Of a stretch of 64,000 nucleotides of DNA, positions 61,092 through 64,000 are shown one piece after another. The DNA lies in the NCBI GenBank assembly GCA_051313645.2, contig JBNRSN020000005.1, positions 290,160,001 to 290,224,000 on the forward strand. The letters are read 5' to 3'. The position numbers and the translations under genes were made by a program. Position 1 is the stretch's first letter; every line of letters begins with the position of its first letter. Origin of the DNA: Centroscyllium fabricii (lineage: Eukaryota). A model generated the notes under the pieces. It ran no database searches. It saw only the letters and a list, made by a program, of their open reading frames with translations, and was not told the DNA's origin.

Positions 61092-61937
61092 AGAAAGACT
61101 TGCATTTATATAGCGCCTTTTAGGGGCGGCACGGTGGCATAGTGGTTAGCACTGTTGCCTCACAGCGCCAGGGGCCCAGGTTCAAATCCGGCCTCGGGTG
61201 ACTATTTGTGTGGAGTTTGCACATTCTCCCCGTGTCTGCGTGGGTTTCCTCCGGGTGCGCCGGTTTCCTCCCACAGTCCAAAGATGTGCGGGTTAGGTTG
61301 ATTGGCCAGGATAAATTGACCCTTAGTGTTGGGGGGATTGAATATGTGGGGTTACGGGGATAGGGTGGGATATGTGTCGGTGCAGGCTCGATAGGGATCA
61401 AGGGATATGGGGAGAGGGCAGGGACAGGGTGCTGGGTTTGGATGATCAGCCATGATCTCATTGAATGGCGGAGCAGGCTCGAAGGGCCAAATGGCCGACT
61501 CCTGCTCCTATCTTCTATGTTTCACGACCACTTTACAGCCAATGAAGTACTTTTGGAATGTAGTCACTGTTGTAATGTAGGAAAAGCGGCAGCCAATTTA
61601 CGCACAGCAAGCTCCCACAAACAGCAATATGATAATGAGCAGATAATCTGTTTTTTGTTATGTTGATTGAGGGATAAATATTGGCCAGGACGCTGGGGAG
61701 CACTCCCGCCTGCTCTTCGAAATAGTGTCGTGGGATTTTTTACATCCACCCGAGAGAGCAGACGGGGCCTTGATTTAATGTCTCATCCAAAAGACGGCAC
61801 CTCCGACAGTGCAGCACTCCTTCAGCACTGCACTGGAGTGTCAGCCTAGATTTCTGTACCTGTACTTAAGTCCCTGGAGTGGGACTCGAACCCACAACCT
61901 TCTGACTCGGTGGCGAGAGTGCTACCACTGAGCCACA
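61092..61937 (-). mobile_element. DeuSINE-like (SacSINE1/AmnSINE1-related) tRNA SINE
   Basis: tRNA-like head on - (gtggctcagtggtagcac...GGGTTCGAGTCCC); further copies at 25300-25640, 40090-40535, 40697-40910, 49265-49688 and 49848-50060; family name from memory. Confidence 0.7.
61123..61522 (+). mobile_element. HE1-like V-SINE nested in a DeuSINE-like element
   Basis: Interrupts tagcgccttt|cacgacc, which is contiguous in the copy at about 40112-40128. Confidence 0.88.
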
Positions 61938-62132
61938 AATATGAAACCAAATAGAAGCAGGAGTTAACCGTGAAATAATTATAAAATGTTATGTTACCTA
62001 TTGTACTATATTTCAATTTATTACATCTGTAGTATACCTGAAGTGAATTGCCCCATAACTGGTAAACTTTTGTTGACTTGTGGTTCTTTAGAGCTTACTG
62101 TTTTGGAGAACAATTCTATGTTTATTCATATA

Positions 62133-63033
62133 GGGCCCTGTTTTCCTGTGCTCCAGAAGAGCTGCACCCCCACGAAGGGGGGTCAGAAATGCCTCGTGGG
62201 GGTGCAGCTCGGGTGATTACCAGAAACGTGAATTTCCTGTGCTGATGGGCAAGGGGCTTCAGCTTCCTACCCAGGAAGACTTTGAGCTGCAGATTTCCTG
62301 TGGCAGCTGCTCAAAATGCGGGTGTATCACGTGGGCAAGTCTCTCTTTTGCTGCACATTTAAAAAGGAGTCTTAGAGGGCTGCAGGCAGGTTTGAGAAGT
62401 GAAAAAAACACGTTTAAAGTTTTTTTTAAATTGATTCCTTTGGAGATATTTGTCTGTGGTCTTTCAGCTTGTAAATGGGTAGGGTTTTATATTTTTTGGT
62501 GAAAGTGAAAAAAAACGGGGATTTGAATGCGATGTCAGCAGCTCTGATGGGCCATCACAGCTGCTGACATCGCGTTCAAATCCCCGTTTTTTTTCACTTT
62601 CACCAAAAAATATAAAACCCTACCCATTTACAAGCTGAAAGACCACAGACAAATATCTCCAAAGGAATCAAAAAAAAATTAACTTTAAACGTGTTTTTTT
62701 CACTGGAGAAAAAAAAAACCCTAACATCAGAAAAGGCAGAAACTTAAAAAAAACAGCTTCCTAGAAACTGAAAAAAAACAAAAAAAAGGTGCTTCCCTAC
62801 CCGATCTTCTTCATCCCTTAGGCCGATTCTGTGCTTTGTGCGGGGGGAAAGCTGACCTCAGTGGGCGTGGCTTGCACCCCGCACCAAAAAAAAGACGTCC
62901 CCTCCGCTGGAAAAAAAACCGGCATTTCCCACAGGAAATTGCCGTCAGAAAAAAAAAAAAAGTACGTGCGCGTGCGCCGCGGGTGCTCGGGAGCGCGCAC
63001 CAGCGGCAAACGGGCCACAGGAAAACATGGCCC
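62133..63033. mobile_element. Harbinger-like non-autonomous element containing a large palindrome
   Basis: TIRs GGGCCCTGTTTTCCTGTG / CACAGGAAAACATGGCCC. Confidence 0.65.
62398..62704. repeat. ~307-bp near-perfect spacerless palindrome
   Basis: Arms read as reverse complements about a centre at about 62550 (..CTGATGG G CCATCAC..). Confidence 0.92.
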
Positions 63034-63289
63034 ATTATATATCCATAAGGTTGATGCTGACTTGTAACAAAGTGAAAACAATTTTTCATGGAATATGCGA
63101 CTAATCTCATTTATATTTATTTTCAATTGATTTGATAATGTTCAGTGCTGTGCATTTTACAGCAGTGTTGTACAATACTTTAGCCGCTAGTCACTTGTAG
63201 CTAATCGGGAATCCAGATGGGGCTAATTGCCTTTTTGATTAGTAAATAAAAAATGAGTAATAGACACCATCTTCGGGCATGTGCGATCA

Positions 63290-64000
63290 AACGACATGAA
63301 ACTAGGTGGGATTGTGAGTTGTGAGGAGGATACAAAGAGGCTTCAAGGCGATTGAGACAAGTTGAGTGAAACATAGAAGATAGGAGCAGGAGTAGGCCAT
63401 TCGGCCCTTCGAGCCTGCTGAGTGAGTGGACAAATACATGGCAGATGCAGTATAACGTGGATAAATGTGAAGTTCTCCACTTCGGAAGGAAAAACAGAAA
63501 GGTAGAGTATTATTTAAATGGTGCTAGATTGGGAAATGCTGATGTACAAAGGGACCTGGGTGTCCTTATACACCAGTCACTGAAAGCAAACATCAGGTGC
63601 AACAAGCAGTTAGGAAGGCAAATAGTATGTTGGCCTTCATTGCAAGAGGATTTCAGTACAGGAGCAAGGATGGCTTACTACAGTTATATAGGGCCTTGGT
63701 GAGACTACACCTGGAGTACTGTGCGCAGTTTTGGCCTCCTTACCTAAGAAAGGATATACCTGCCATGGAGGTAGTGCAGAGAAGGTTCACCAGACTGATT
63801 CCTAGGATGGCAGGTCTGTCTTATGAGGAGAGATTGAGTTGACTAGGCCTGTATTCACTAGAGTTTAGAAGAATGAGAGGGGATCTCATTGAAACGTATA
63901 AAATTCTGACCGGGCTAGACAGACTGGATGCAGGGAGGATGATTCCCCTGGCTGGTGGGGTCTAGAACGAGGGGTCTCAGGATACGGGGTAGGACATTTA
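63290..64000 (+). mobile_element. CR1-type LINE fragment with a small inverted SINE-tail insert (about 63370-63420)
   Basis: WQMQYNVDKCEVLHFG...QRDLGV...KANSMLAFIARG. Confidence 0.88.

Overview
Vertebrate genomic DNA, most likely from a cartilaginous fish given the HE1-type V-SINEs, DeuSINE-like elements and CR1 LINEs. It carries the conserved DHX32(+) / BCCIP(-) / UROS(+) cluster. I traced ten DHX32 coding exons (5468-27372; the 5' part lies outside the window), all seven BCCIP coding exons (295 aa, beta-type C-terminus, one GC-AG intron) and the first two UROS coding exons. A ~9.2-9.3 kb head-to-tail tandem duplication (about 39967-49139 and 49140-58443) has copied the BCCIP/UROS bidirectional CpG-island promoter, including an intact BCCIP exon 1, and the two copies have since gained different insertions. 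Notable mobile DNA: (1) a near-complete, GC-rich CsRn1-type Gypsy element with a tRNA-Trp PBS in a DHX32 intron; (2) a Gypsy deletion derivative with no tRNA PBS, whose PBS position is a perfect 13-nt complement of its own LTR poly(A) signal; (3) Penelope-like fold-back repeats carrying minimal type I hammerhead ribozyme motifs, one of them degenerate and in sense orientation in the BCCIP 3' UTR; (4) a ~300-bp spacerless palindrome. Everything was read by eye. Family names come from recalled consensus features, not database searches, and repeat boundaries without TSDs are approximate.
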